IMG/VR virus record: IMGVR_UViG_3300036940_000563
Coordinates: 1 to 48,791 of that record
DNA length: 48,791 nt
Reading direction: 5' to 3' (one strand)
DNA from: a virus
Taxonomy: Duplodnaviria > Caudoviricetes
The position numbers were made by a program, and so were the translations under genes. Positions 29,805 to 39,373 of this stretch are shown here, piece after piece. The notes below the pieces were generated by a model that did not search any database, was not told the origin of the DNA, and saw nothing but the letters and a program-made list of their open reading frames with translations. Numbering within the stretch: the first letter of the stretch is position 1; every line of letters begins with the position of its first letter.

Positions 29805-29884
29805 ATTTACTATTGTTTTCTTGAATTTACTATATCATGTAATTATATTTTTGTCTATAGTAAATTAAGTAAATTATTTACTAT
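29805..29884 (-). promoter_or_regulatory. Promoter with ATTTACTAT operator array
   Basis: TAGACA-17 nt-TATAGT; four ATTTACTAT copies in both orientations (29805, 29825, 29857, 29876). Confidence 0.7.
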
Positions 29885-29955
29885 AGAATTACATTTATAG
29901 TATTTCCTTTGTTATAATAATATATGGAGTATGAATCTCTTAAAAAAGGACATAG

Positions 29956-29983
29956 AAAAAGCCCCAGTTCATTAACCAGAGCT
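29956..29983 (-). terminator. Terminator in the late leader
   Basis: GCTCTGGTTAATGAACTGGGGC followed by TTTTTCT. Confidence 0.65.
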
Positions 29984-30087
29984 TGAATCCAAGAATGCTG
30001 CGTTTCCTAAGAATCGTCTAGATATAGCTTAGGCTTATGCTACAGCATATGGTGTTCTAGGATTTTTTCTATACCTTTACACCATAT

Positions 30088-30133
30088 ACTATAACACACA
30101 TACCTACTGACATTCACTGACATTTACTGACAT
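30088..30133 (-). promoter_or_regulatory. Late promoter with activator-binding direct repeats
   Basis: 3 x ATGTCAGT at a 10-bp period over the activator 3' end, then TGnTATAGT. Confidence 0.75.
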
Positions 30134-30542
30134 CTTTTACTTTTTCGAATTCTTTTAATGCTTTTCCATGAATTCTGTAGACAGTTCTAGGATCATATCC
30201 CATGGAAACAGCTATCTCGTCCCAGCCCTTTCCACTAAGATATCTTAGCTCTAGTAATAGCTGCTGGTTAATGTCCTCCATCGAATTAATAATGTTTTGA
30301 ATTTCTCTTTTTAAATCTACTAATCTATCTATGTCGTTGTTAATTTCATTTTCTAAATCTAATACTTTCACAATAATACTTTCCATTTTATTCTTTTGGA
30401 TGTTGCCACCAGAGATTTTCTCTTTAGTAAAGCTTGTTGTAACTTTCATGGCTAGAGACTTAAGGGTTTCCATCTGTTCTAATTTACTGTCTACCATCTG
30501 ATCAAGCCAGATAGCCTGGGATAAATACTCCTTTGCATTCAT
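30114..30542 (-). CDS. RinA/ArpU/DUF1492-like late transcription activator
   Basis: MNAKEYLSQA...LLELRYL..KGWDEIA...VYRIHGKAL. Confidence 0.85.
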   Translation of the reverse strand: MNAKEYLSQAIWLDQMVDSKLEQMETLKSLAMKVTTSFTKEKISGGNIQKNKMESIIVKVLDLENEINNDIDRLVDLKREIQNIINSMEDINQQLLLELRYLSGKGWDEIAVSMGYDPRTVYRIHGKALKEFEKVKDVSKCQ

Positions 30543-30775
30543 CAGCCCACCTCCACTTCATCTAATAGACTCATCTTTCCTCCATAGTAGAGTTCCATAA
30601 TACTTCTCTTTACTGCTGGGTCTAATGTTTTAATTCTTCTTAAGGCTTTCTTATGGTCCTCTTCTGCTTGAGTTTTTGTTTTAAAGAAACTACAACTCTC
30701 ACTTTTACACTTCTTTAACTTTAAAATCTTACACTTTTCATCTCTGTAAGCGAAGCACATCTTATCATCTATCAT
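30542..30775 (-). CDS. Cys-rich hypothetical protein
   Basis: CFAY...CKIL...CSFFKT; translationally coupled. Confidence 0.7.
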   Translation of the reverse strand: MIDDKMCFAYRDEKCKILKLKKCKSESCSFFKTKTQAEEDHKKALRRIKTLDPAVKRSIMELYYGGKMSLLDEVEVG

Positions 30776-30777
30776 AC

Positions 30778-31197
30778 TTAGACACCTCCTATCTCTTCAC
30801 ACTTCGTTGTAAAGAATCTAATCTTTTTGTTCCACTTCTTTGCCTTTTTAATTTCTTCTCCCATTCCCGAAGATATCCTGTCACCAAAAACCCATACTTC
30901 TTGACACTTGCTCATAAGCACCAACCCCATCTCAATACCTAATCTTCTCTCATCCGGATCATCTTCTTCTAGAAACTGAGGGTACATCAGATGGGGTATT
31001 ATTGGTATTGCATTTTCAATAACTGCAAATCTTCCGTATCTTTTTGCTCTCATTGTATTTGTTTCTATGTCTCCTGAAAAAGGACTGCAGATGAATACAA
31101 TCTTCTTATATCTTTTTCCTTGTTTTTCCATATTTGTTAAAGCTTCATAAACTGTTGGGTCATTATATCCTTCAGAGTTATATTTATTTACACTCAT
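30778..31197 (-). CDS. DUF4406/DUF7768-like (nucleoside deoxyribosyltransferase fold)
   Basis: VFICSPFSGD, PHLMYPQF, SSGMGEEI. Confidence 0.75.
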   Translation of the reverse strand: MSVNKYNSEGYNDPTVYEALTNMEKQGKRYKKIVFICSPFSGDIETNTMRAKRYGRFAVIENAIPIIPHLMYPQFLEEDDPDERRLGIEMGLVLMSKCQEVWVFGDRISSGMGEEIKKAKKWNKKIRFFTTKCEEIGGV

Positions 31198-32599
31198 TTT
31201 TATCCTCCATTTTTAAGTTTTCTATTCTAGCCTTTACTGCTTCAATTAAAGCTTTCTGACCAGTGTCCTTATTATCCAGTGCCAACATTACTCTATGATC
31301 AATGGTATCCTTGGCTAATATGTGATGAATTACTACTGTTTGTTTCTGACCCTGTCGCCACAGTCTGGCATTGGCCTGTTGGTAAAGTTCAAGACTCCAA
31401 GTCATACCAAACCAGATTATGGTTGAACCTCCTTCTTGAAGGTTCAGACCGTGGCCAGCTGATGCCGGATGACAAAGTGCTATCTTCATTTCTCCTAGGT
31501 TCCACTTGGCAATATCCTCAGAGGTGTTAATCTCTCCTACATCAAATCTTTTTCTGATTCGATCTCTTTCATGTTTAAACCCGTAATATATTAGAACAGG
31601 TTTCCCATTGGCTGCTTCTACTAAATCTTCTAAAGCATCCAGTTTTCTATTGTGAATCTGGTGTACATCTTTGTACTCATCGTAGACTGTACCTCCCGCC
31701 ATCTGAAGAAGCTTGTTTGAAAGTACTGCAGCATTGACTGCATCCACATCGCTGTCTTCAAGAGGAAGCAGTAAATCTCTTTCAAGTTTTCTGTAAAGCT
31801 TCATCTCTTTTTCGGAAAGCTCCACTTCTACTTTGTTGAATATAATCTTTGGCATCTTCAGGTACTCAAGAGCTTTCATGCTGATACAGATATCTGAAAT
31901 CTTGTCATATATTTTATCTTCAGCATCATCGTTCAATGCATAGTCCGTCGGTATCCCACCATTCACATATTTCTGCGGGTGAAAGTATCTGCCCCGATAT
32001 CCACTATAGGTTCTGCCAAGTCTCTTCCCACCATCTAAAAGATATATCTGACTCCAAATATCTAGTAAACCGTTGGGTGCTGGAGTCCCGGTTAACCCTA
32101 CTATTCTTTTGATTTTGTGTCTTACCTTTTTAAGTGCCCTAAATCTTTTAGCAGATGGTGATTTGAAACTTGAAAGCTCATCTATAATCACCATGTCAAA
32201 GGGCCAGTCGTTTTTATAAAAGTCTACCAACCAGGGAACATTTTCTCTGTTGATGGTGTAAATATCTGCCTTTTTATATAGAGCCATGGTCCTTTCCTTT
32301 GCACTTCCCAAAACCCTAGTTAATCTTAAATTCTTAAGGTGTTTCCACTTAAGCACCTCATCAAGCCATGTAATCTTAGCTACACGTAGTGGTGCAATCA
32401 CCAAAACCTTTGAAACCTCAAAGCGATCATGAAGCAGGTCCACCAGAGCGGTTAGAGTTATTACACTTTTTCCTAATCCCATGTCTAAAAAAAGTGAAGA
32501 CGCGGGTTTTTCTAAAATAAACTCTGTGCAGTGGGTCTGATATTCATGTGGGTTGTATGTTACTCTTGATTTAGGCAGTACTATTTCCGGCAATCCCAT
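31184..32599 (-). CDS. SNF2-family helicase
   Basis: DMGLGKS, DELS, LTGTP, GHGLNLQ, QANARLWRQGQ. Confidence 0.93.
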   Translation of the reverse strand: MGLPEIVLPKSRVTYNPHEYQTHCTEFILEKPASSLFLDMGLGKSVITLTALVDLLHDRFEVSKVLVIAPLRVAKITWLDEVLKWKHLKNLRLTRVLGSAKERTMALYKKADIYTINRENVPWLVDFYKNDWPFDMVIIDELSSFKSPSAKRFRALKKVRHKIKRIVGLTGTPAPNGLLDIWSQIYLLDGGKRLGRTYSGYRGRYFHPQKYVNGGIPTDYALNDDAEDKIYDKISDICISMKALEYLKMPKIIFNKVEVELSEKEMKLYRKLERDLLLPLEDSDVDAVNAAVLSNKLLQMAGGTVYDEYKDVHQIHNRKLDALEDLVEAANGKPVLIYYGFKHERDRIRKRFDVGEINTSEDIAKWNLGEMKIALCHPASAGHGLNLQEGGSTIIWFGMTWSLELYQQANARLWRQGQKQTVVIHHILAKDTIDHRVMLALDNKDTGQKALIEAVKARIENLKMEDKNECK

Positions 32600-32870
32600 C
32601 CAACACACCTCCTATATCTTCTGGATTGTCTAGGCAATAAACCAAAAACCCTAGCCCTTCCAGCTCACCTTTTCTCTTTATCTGATTTGGTCTCATCTTC
32701 TTTCCCGGTGCCTTTACTTCAACAAAGCCCATCTTGCCACCAGTCATAAGAACCAATCTGTCAGGCACACCGTTTATTCCAGGGGAGAAAAACTTATATG
32801 CTCTACCATTTCTTTTTTTTACTTCTCTTACTAACTTTTGCTCTAATTCTTTTTCTGTCACTTCTATCAC
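32571..32870 (-). CDS. VRR-NUC nuclease
   Basis: GVPDRLV...FVEVKAPG. Confidence 0.9.
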   Translation of the reverse strand: MIEVTEKELEQKLVREVKKRNGRAYKFFSPGINGVPDRLVLMTGGKMGFVEVKAPGKKMRPNQIKRKGELEGLGFLVYCLDNPEDIGGVLDGIAGNSTA

Positions 32871-32984
32871 CTCTATCTATTTCTTCTAATGTTTAAAACT
32901 TATCTGCTTCTCATATTTATAATCAGTTTACTTGTCATCAAACCTTTAGCTTATAATTCAATAATGCTCTTTGCATCTCATCTT

Positions 32985-33245
32985 AATTTTTGTAATTAAG
33001 TCTGTAATTATCTCTGTAATTAAGGGGTAAAAAACTCTTACGCGCGTATATGTACGTAATTATCTATATATAGGTATATATTTATTATTATTAATCTATT
33101 AGTTATTTTAATTACATAATTACTAATTACCTTTAACCCCTTTAAATTACAGTTTTTCAGTGTGTAATTAAGTTTGTAATTATCTTTTTATTAATTTCAC
33201 TAATTTCAGTTTGTTGTAATTATGTTAGATGGATTTGTAATCTTA
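32985..33245. repeat. Putative replication origin: about 10 (T)GTAATTA motifs in both orientations
   Basis: AT-rich intergenic region directly downstream of the primase-helicase. Confidence 0.6.
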
Positions 33246-33268
33246 ATATCTCTTCAAAGTATGTGTTG

Positions 33269-35671
33269 CTACTCTTTCACCCTGCAGAAAGTCTTTTGAT
33301 TACCGTAAATTGGAAATCTTGTCTGTCCTTGCTTGTTTCCGGAATATGTCTCCCAACCACCGATTCTCATTAAGACTCCTATTATTTCGAAGGAGTCTTG
33401 CCTTCTTAAATTTGTCTTGTCCTTCCCTAAACACTCACACCAAATTTCATGAACACATACCTTTTCTCTTATCACAGCACCTAAAGGTACCGTAGTTCCA
33501 AATTCACTCTCTCCTGCCAGGTAACTTCTTCTCTGATAAAGGTCCATGTTGTCCCAATTATCTGGCAGTAAGGTTTCAAGGTAATCCCCGATAAGCCCTT
33601 CTCTGTCATCCGCCTCCATGGCATCTCGCTGTTCTTCGAAGGCTATCTTTTCCTCTTCAGCGGATAATATTAAAGGTTCACCGTTTCTATAATACTGAAG
33701 AGCTTCAGCCCATATCTGATCAATGTCTGTCATTTCCCATACGCTTTTCTTTCCATCACCAACTCTTACTGGCCAGAATCTTCTGTTTCCTGTGATGTCT
33801 CTTAAGAAACCACTGATGTTATTGGTACTGCCTACAATGATGCACTGCCTTGGGTGGTTCTCAACATTTATTCCGTAGCTTTGTCTGAACTTATCATCTG
33901 TTCTGGTTATGAATGACTTTACAGTTTCTACATCCATTTTTCTTAAGCCGGCAAGTTCTCCAAGTTCCAATATCCAGTAGCCTTGCAGCTTTTCTGCTCC
34001 TGATTTATCTCTCATGTCAGATACGGTTAAACTATCTGAAAACCACTGTCCGGCTAGCTTGGCGAAGAAGGTAGATTTACCTATTCCTTGAGGTCCATTG
34101 AGTACTAAGATATAGTCAAACTTAGTTCCCGGCTCATAAATTCTGGCTACTGCTGCCACCATTGTTTTACGTATGACAGCTCTCGTATAGTTGTTATCCT
34201 CTGCACCTAGATAGTCGATAAGAAGACTATCCATTCTCTCCCTTCCGTCCCAAACAGGCAGTCCTTCCATGTAGTCCTTGATTGGATGAAACACTCTCTC
34301 CGAAGCTGCTGTTATCAAGGCGTCTTTTACTTTAGCAGGTGACCATATACCGTAATGCTTATCGAGATACATCTTAAGGTTGGAGTGGTCTGAATCGTTC
34401 CATCCGTCTTTCACCTGCTCCCAAGGAAGAGGTCCGTTGACATCTATTAAATATTTCATTTGGTTGTATGCAATGCACTGTAATCTAGGATCGTGTCTCA
34501 TAATCGTTAGAATATTTGTTGGAGTGTCTTTTACAGAACCATTCTTGTTAAGCTCAAGTTCCAGCTGCCAGGTTAGATCTTCTTCCTTTTCTTCGTTATC
34601 GGTTAATTGAATATCTTCTACCTTTTCAAATTCCTCTTTTATCTCTTCTTCTCGTTCTTTGGCCAGTTGCTTTTTTACCTTTTCATCCATTGTACAAAAC
34701 TCAAGCATAGCTTTTACTGATAGTAGCTGCTTGCCTTCGTTTTTTTCTTCATCAAGGTATCCAAAGCGGTGTATCCTTACAAGGTCAAAAGCATTACACA
34801 ATTGATTACAAGCCGGGTCCGTTGCGTGATGAGAATATGCATATTTACCGTTGTAGATTACAACTCCTGCTGTAGAATCAGCCGGTATGTAGTCGTAGCG
34901 CTCAGGCACCACACTTGGTTGGTAAATATCTGAAAGAAAAGCTTCAATGACTTCTTCTATAGAATAGGTCCTGCAAAATGCTCCAATTAATCCCCCTTTT
35001 CTTATAGGATCCGCCTGCTTTTTCATCAGTCTATTTAACAATTTAGTTTGTCTTGATGACACAGGCCATAATGATGTATCCTGCCAGTTCTCGTAAATCT
35101 TTAAAATGCTGTAAGGATTTAGAAAATCTCCCTTTATTTCCCTGAAAAAATATTCTCCATCACTAGATGTGCTTGGCCAGTACATAAGCCTGTTAGGCTC
35201 GTATGTTGTATCATCAAATAGCTCTATCCCTATTTCTTTAGCAATCATCCTGCTTACTGCTTGATACTCGTCAGCTGTAACAGTTCTTGATAAAGGGATG
35301 ATAAGTCTAAGTCTTGGATTTTCTTTTGTGTGTTTATGAGTTGAGTAGATTACTGCTGCATACCCATAAAGCATCTCCAAGTTATCGGCTATTGATAGAG
35401 CATTATCTCCATGATCCATATCTAGGGTTATCATAGACCTGTTAATTACACTGTCCTTGGTTCTTCTTCTTTCTTTTAATTGTCCTGCTACAAAACCGCC
35501 AACATCCTTTACATTGTCTTGCTGGTACTTCTTCATTTTTTTGTATTCTTCTTGGGTTTCACTTGTTAAGGTAGTTCGGGAGAGTCTTTTAGAAAACTCT
35601 TCCCAGGACACCGTCTGTTCTTTTAAAAACTTATCTTTCCGACTGTTGCCTGTTGATATTGTAAATTTCAT
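33269..35671 (-). CDS. Primase-helicase with VapE domain
   Basis: LDMD..STHKH..RLRL N-terminus; GPQGIGKST; TGNRRFWPV. Confidence 0.9.
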   Translation of the reverse strand: MKFTISTGNSRKDKFLKEQTVSWEEFSKRLSRTTLTSETQEEYKKMKKYQQDNVKDVGGFVAGQLKERRRTKDSVINRSMITLDMDHGDNALSIADNLEMLYGYAAVIYSTHKHTKENPRLRLIIPLSRTVTADEYQAVSRMIAKEIGIELFDDTTYEPNRLMYWPSTSSDGEYFFREIKGDFLNPYSILKIYENWQDTSLWPVSSRQTKLLNRLMKKQADPIRKGGLIGAFCRTYSIEEVIEAFLSDIYQPSVVPERYDYIPADSTAGVVIYNGKYAYSHHATDPACNQLCNAFDLVRIHRFGYLDEEKNEGKQLLSVKAMLEFCTMDEKVKKQLAKEREEEIKEEFEKVEDIQLTDNEEKEEDLTWQLELELNKNGSVKDTPTNILTIMRHDPRLQCIAYNQMKYLIDVNGPLPWEQVKDGWNDSDHSNLKMYLDKHYGIWSPAKVKDALITAASERVFHPIKDYMEGLPVWDGRERMDSLLIDYLGAEDNNYTRAVIRKTMVAAVARIYEPGTKFDYILVLNGPQGIGKSTFFAKLAGQWFSDSLTVSDMRDKSGAEKLQGYWILELGELAGLRKMDVETVKSFITRTDDKFRQSYGINVENHPRQCIIVGSTNNISGFLRDITGNRRFWPVRVGDGKKSVWEMTDIDQIWAEALQYYRNGEPLILSAEEEKIAFEEQRDAMEADDREGLIGDYLETLLPDNWDNMDLYQRRSYLAGESEFGTTVPLGAVIREKVCVHEIWCECLGKDKTNLRRQDSFEIIGVLMRIGGWETYSGNKQGQTRFPIYGNQKTFCRVKE

Positions 35672-35837
35672 TTTCTACACCCCTCATAGGTTCTAATCTT
35701 TTTAATACTCTTTCTAAACCTCTTGCAGCTCCCGGCACATCTCCTGATAATGCCTGTCCCTTTAATGTCTTTATAGTATTTCTTGGTAGTATGTTTCTAT
35801 ATTGTTTTAAATGTTTTATAAATTGATTTGCCGTCAC
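35631..35837 (-). CDS. Small hypothetical protein
   Basis: GGAGG then GTG start; TLKGQALSGD..GAARGL. Confidence 0.65.
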   Translation of the reverse strand: MTANQFIKHLKQYRNILPRNTIKTLKGQALSGDVPGAARGLERVLKRLEPMRGVENEIYNINRQQSER

Positions 35838-35853
35838 TGTATCCTCCTTTGTA

Positions 35854-38737
35854 TTAATCCTTCTTATAGAACTCACATTCGTATCCATCTGCATCCAGGG
35901 GCAGTCCTTTTGACCACTTGGGACTTTCACTCATAATGCTGCAGACTTCTTCTACACTGGACTCTCCTATTGGCACTTCGCATATAATCTCATCATGTAC
36001 ATGACCAACTATTGAAAATCCTGTCTTGTCAAGTCTGATCATAGCTTCAGCTAGTAAATCTCTGGATGCAGCCTGTACTATATTTTCTACAATCTTTGGT
36101 CCGTAGGTTTCAATTCTCTCCCACTTTCTATTGGTCCCGATTCCTTCGTAGGTAAGCCCTTCTCTTCCAAATTTGTTTAACATCAACTTTGGTTTTACGT
36201 AGACCAGGTCTCTTCCTGAAGGCAAGGTTACAAACAGCATTCCCATTTTATATGTGAAGATAATCCCGTGGGTTCTTGTTCTGGTTCTCTGTTTCACTGC
36301 CTTGATGGCTGCCTTGTCAACTTCCCACCAGAAATTTACAATGTGGGGATTGGCTCTACGCCAGTTATCAATAAGACCTTGAAGTTCGTGTTCTTCGACA
36401 CCCATTTCCAATGCACCCATGGACTTTAAGGCTCCAACTCCACCACCGTATCCGCAGTTGTGCACTAGTTTTCCCGATACGGTAAAACGATTATGTCTTC
36501 CGGCATTTCGTATGTCATAAACTCTAACCTTGCCTCTATTAATCGCCAGTTCTTTCTTTTGTTTATCACTGCATCTTCTGCTGATTTTATGATTTGTTCT
36601 CGGTTCATACCGTCTCTTAGTTTCCTTGATACAACGCTTCTCGCATAAGGCCAGTATTCCTGATTCCATCTGGTTAAGAGTGTTAATTTCCGATTGGCTT
36701 GATTTATACTTCTTTCTACAAATCTTATATTTCCTTCTTCGTAGTGACCCTCGTTGTTGATTCGATCCATCTCCAACTCTATTTTCACATTCTCCACATT
36801 GGCAAGTATCCAAAGTCCTGCTTCTAATATGGAGTTGAATTTGAACTCTATTCCTCTTTCTCCGTATCTGTGATACTGTGGATTGTTTGGGTTTTGACAT
36901 CTTTGTTTTGCTTGAGTTAATCGTCGGTCTAACCACCTTGGAATTTGCATTGGCTGTGAACAACTTTGACATCCCTTTGATTTTCCAGTCCTCAGGTTTC
37001 CAAGATGACTCCACTGAATTCTCTTGCATCCCACACACTGGGTCAGTACATGACAATGATTCCATTTCTTGTTCCATCTCTTCTCCGGGCTGATAATTCT
37101 CACCCAACCGTATCTTTCTCCCACCATTTCCTGTTTGTATGAGATGTGAGCTGCTGGCGGCGGCTTCTCCAAATTGTACTGGCTTCGATTGCCCCTTAAC
37201 CCACACGAGATGATCTTTTGTTGCTTTAAGTCCTTCATATTCAATCACTTCTTTCTTTCCTTTATAAACCACACCTTCATGATTCACCCATTCTTCTCCA
37301 TCCCACAATTTATGTTTAATAGTTATATCTTCAATTGGAACTAGTCCTTTATCTGTTAAAACAAGTTCTCCTTCTGCAATGCAAGCCAGCTCTGAAATTT
37401 TACCTTTCTGTCTTAATGAACTACCTTTAGTTATTTCCTCAATTGGTACATGAAACATTTGTGACGCGGAAGCCTCATAGATTTTTCCGTGAGACTTGAA
37501 AACTTCCAGCCTCCACTTTTCTTTAGCCAGCCATGACAGTACTCTTGCCTCTATGGCTGAAAAGTCAGCTACTATAAACCTATGACCTTCTTTAGGAATA
37601 AAGGCGGTCCTTATAAGTTCTGATAAGACACCGGGCGTATTGCCAAAGAGCATCTGAATATCATCAAATCGTCCTTCTTTAACCATTTCTCTTGCAAGCT
37701 TTAAGTCTAAAAGGTGATTCTGAGGGATATTTTGAAACTGAACCAATCTGCCGGGCCCACCTCCCTGTACGATTAGCCCCATAGAACTGAAATAGCCCAT
37801 GGACTCTGCCACCTAAACAAACTGCCCTATCTATGGCTTCATATTTTCTGACACTGGTCTTAGCCATCAAAAGCCTTAACTTCAGAGCTTCTTCTATTTC
37901 TCCTTCAGTTTCATCCACCAGCTCCTTCACATTTTTCTTTGATAAGCTCTCAACTTCAACACCGCGATCCGACAACCAGTCTTTTAACTGTGATACGGAA
38001 TTTGGGTTTTCAAGACCTGTGAGTTCGTAGGCTCTTTCTGTTGCAGCTACAGTAAACTGTCTATCACAGGAGATGGCCTGAATAACAAAGTCCATATCTG
38101 CTTTTAATCCTCTATCGTTGATTCGTTGGTCCAGCTCATAAAGGATCTGTTCTGATTTTGGTATTGGAAAATCTTTAATCTTCTTTCTAATTTCAAGTTC
38201 CACTTCAACGTCTCTGATGTTGTACTGTTTGAACATTTCCCATTTGTTTGGTGCATCCGCTGGAAGGTTTCTGCTTCGTCCGCCATTAGCTGCAGTTGGC
38301 TTACAGGGAATACAGAAGTATCTGATTAGAGGTTTTCCTTCAGACATCTTCTGTGCATCCAGCCTTAGCACCTTGGCCACTCCCTCAAGGTGGAGAGGAA
38401 GTCCAAGCATTGCTGCCTGAACCTCACTGCACCTCCATGAAGATGGGTTAAGGTAGATATCATTTTGAAGTAGTCTGCTTAGATATTTCATAAGAGCCAC
38501 CCTTTCAAAGTTGGCATTGAAGGCTGTTTTGATAACATAACTACTGAGAATTGCTTCTATTATTTCTTCCGGTATCTCTTCACCACTAGCAATATCAACT
38601 AGTTCTACCGGTCCTTCATCTATACTGTAAGATAACAACAAGATGTCAAAGTTCGGGCTGTCTGTGTAACGGTAAACACCGCACTTTCTGAGGTCTACAT
38701 CAGAGAAGGTTTCAATATCTATGGAAATTATCTTCAT
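35854..38737 (-). CDS. polA: Phage family A DNA polymerase, frameshifted (extra base at 37753-37755) and intein-containing
   Basis: DIETFS exonuclease; RTGRWA/GRLVQ across the shift; ADFSAIEAR motif A; KISELA[intein]CGYGG motif B; HVHDE motif C. Confidence 0.92.
36457..37383 (-). mobile_element. Intein (309 aa) in PolA motif B
   Basis: Starts CIAEGELVLTDKGLVPIEDI; block B ATKDHLVW; ends VYDIRNAGRHNRFTVSGKLVHN followed by +1 Cys; removal restores ELACGYGGG. Confidence 0.95.
36465..37244 (-). CDS. HNH-type homing endonuclease nested in the +1 frame of the intein (start uncertain: 37244, 37238 or 37127)
   Basis: CVGC...GKSKGCQSC; AKQRCQNPNNPQYHRYGERGI; MDRINNEGHYEEGNIRF...NQANR. Confidence 0.85.
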   Translation of the reverse strand: MNMKDLKQQKIISCGLRGNRSQYNLEKPPPAAHISYKQEMVGERYGWVRIISPEKRWNKKWNHCHVLTQCVGCKRIQWSHLGNLRTGKSKGCQSCSQPMQIPRWLDRRLTQAKQRCQNPNNPQYHRYGERGIEFKFNSILEAGLWILANVENVKIELEMDRINNEGHYEEGNIRFVERSINQANRKLTLLTRWNQEYWPYARSVVSRKLRDGMNREQIIKSAEDAVINKRKNWRLIEARLEFMTYEMPEDIIVLPYREN

Positions 38738-38766
38738 AGCTTTACACCTTTCTTTTCTTTAAAATA

Positions 38767-39300
38767 CTAAGCCAGAAAATCATCATCTTCTTCAATCTCA
38801 AAGTCATCTTCAGCTCTGCTCTTTCCACCTAGCGGCTCTCCATCTTTTAATTTTTGCAAATTTCCAAGTCCTGCTGCGATTCCTCTATTTCCGTTAACAT
38901 TAAATGCATATAGATTGATGCTGACTTTTCCATAACACCCAGAGTAAACCTCGCTTCTATCAAGAATAGTTTGAACCTTTCCGTCCACCACTTGAGGTGC
39001 GTCTTTCGAGTTTGCATTGATAAAATAACAACCTTTGTAGTTTGGATCATCTGGTCTGTCTATGTCTCCATCTCGAAGAGGTGTCTTAAGATTTGCAGGA
39101 ACCTTGCCGCCGAACTTCGGTGCCCCTTCCTGCTTGGCTGCTTCTACAGCCTTAAGTACTTTATTTACTGTCTTTTTATCTGACTTTGGAATAATGACTG
39201 AAACGCTATATTTCGGGTCGCTTCCGTTAATGCTTCTTGGCTCCCAAATGTTTGCGTAACTTAATCTTCCCGGTATTACTACTTTCGTTTCTTTACTCAT
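38767..39300 (-). CDS. DUF2815 ssDNA-binding protein (T7 gp2.5-like)
   Basis: RLSYANIWEP, PLRDGD, YSGCY, acidic tail. Confidence 0.9.
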   Translation of the reverse strand: MSKETKVVIPGRLSYANIWEPRSINGSDPKYSVSVIIPKSDKKTVNKVLKAVEAAKQEGAPKFGGKVPANLKTPLRDGDIDRPDDPNYKGCYFINANSKDAPQVVDGKVQTILDRSEVYSGCYGKVSINLYAFNVNGNRGIAAGLGNLQKLKDGEPLGGKSRAEDDFEIEEDDDFLA

Positions 39301-39373
39301 GATTTAATCCTCCTAAAATTTGATTTATTTTGTTACTTTGAGTTTGTTTTCTTTGATAACTAATACTTTTTAT

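Noticed and set aside
37756-37812. MAESMG... as the start of a separate PolA C-terminal subunit
   Set aside because: Off-frame translation upstream of the frameshift; polymerase similarity starts only at GRLVQ
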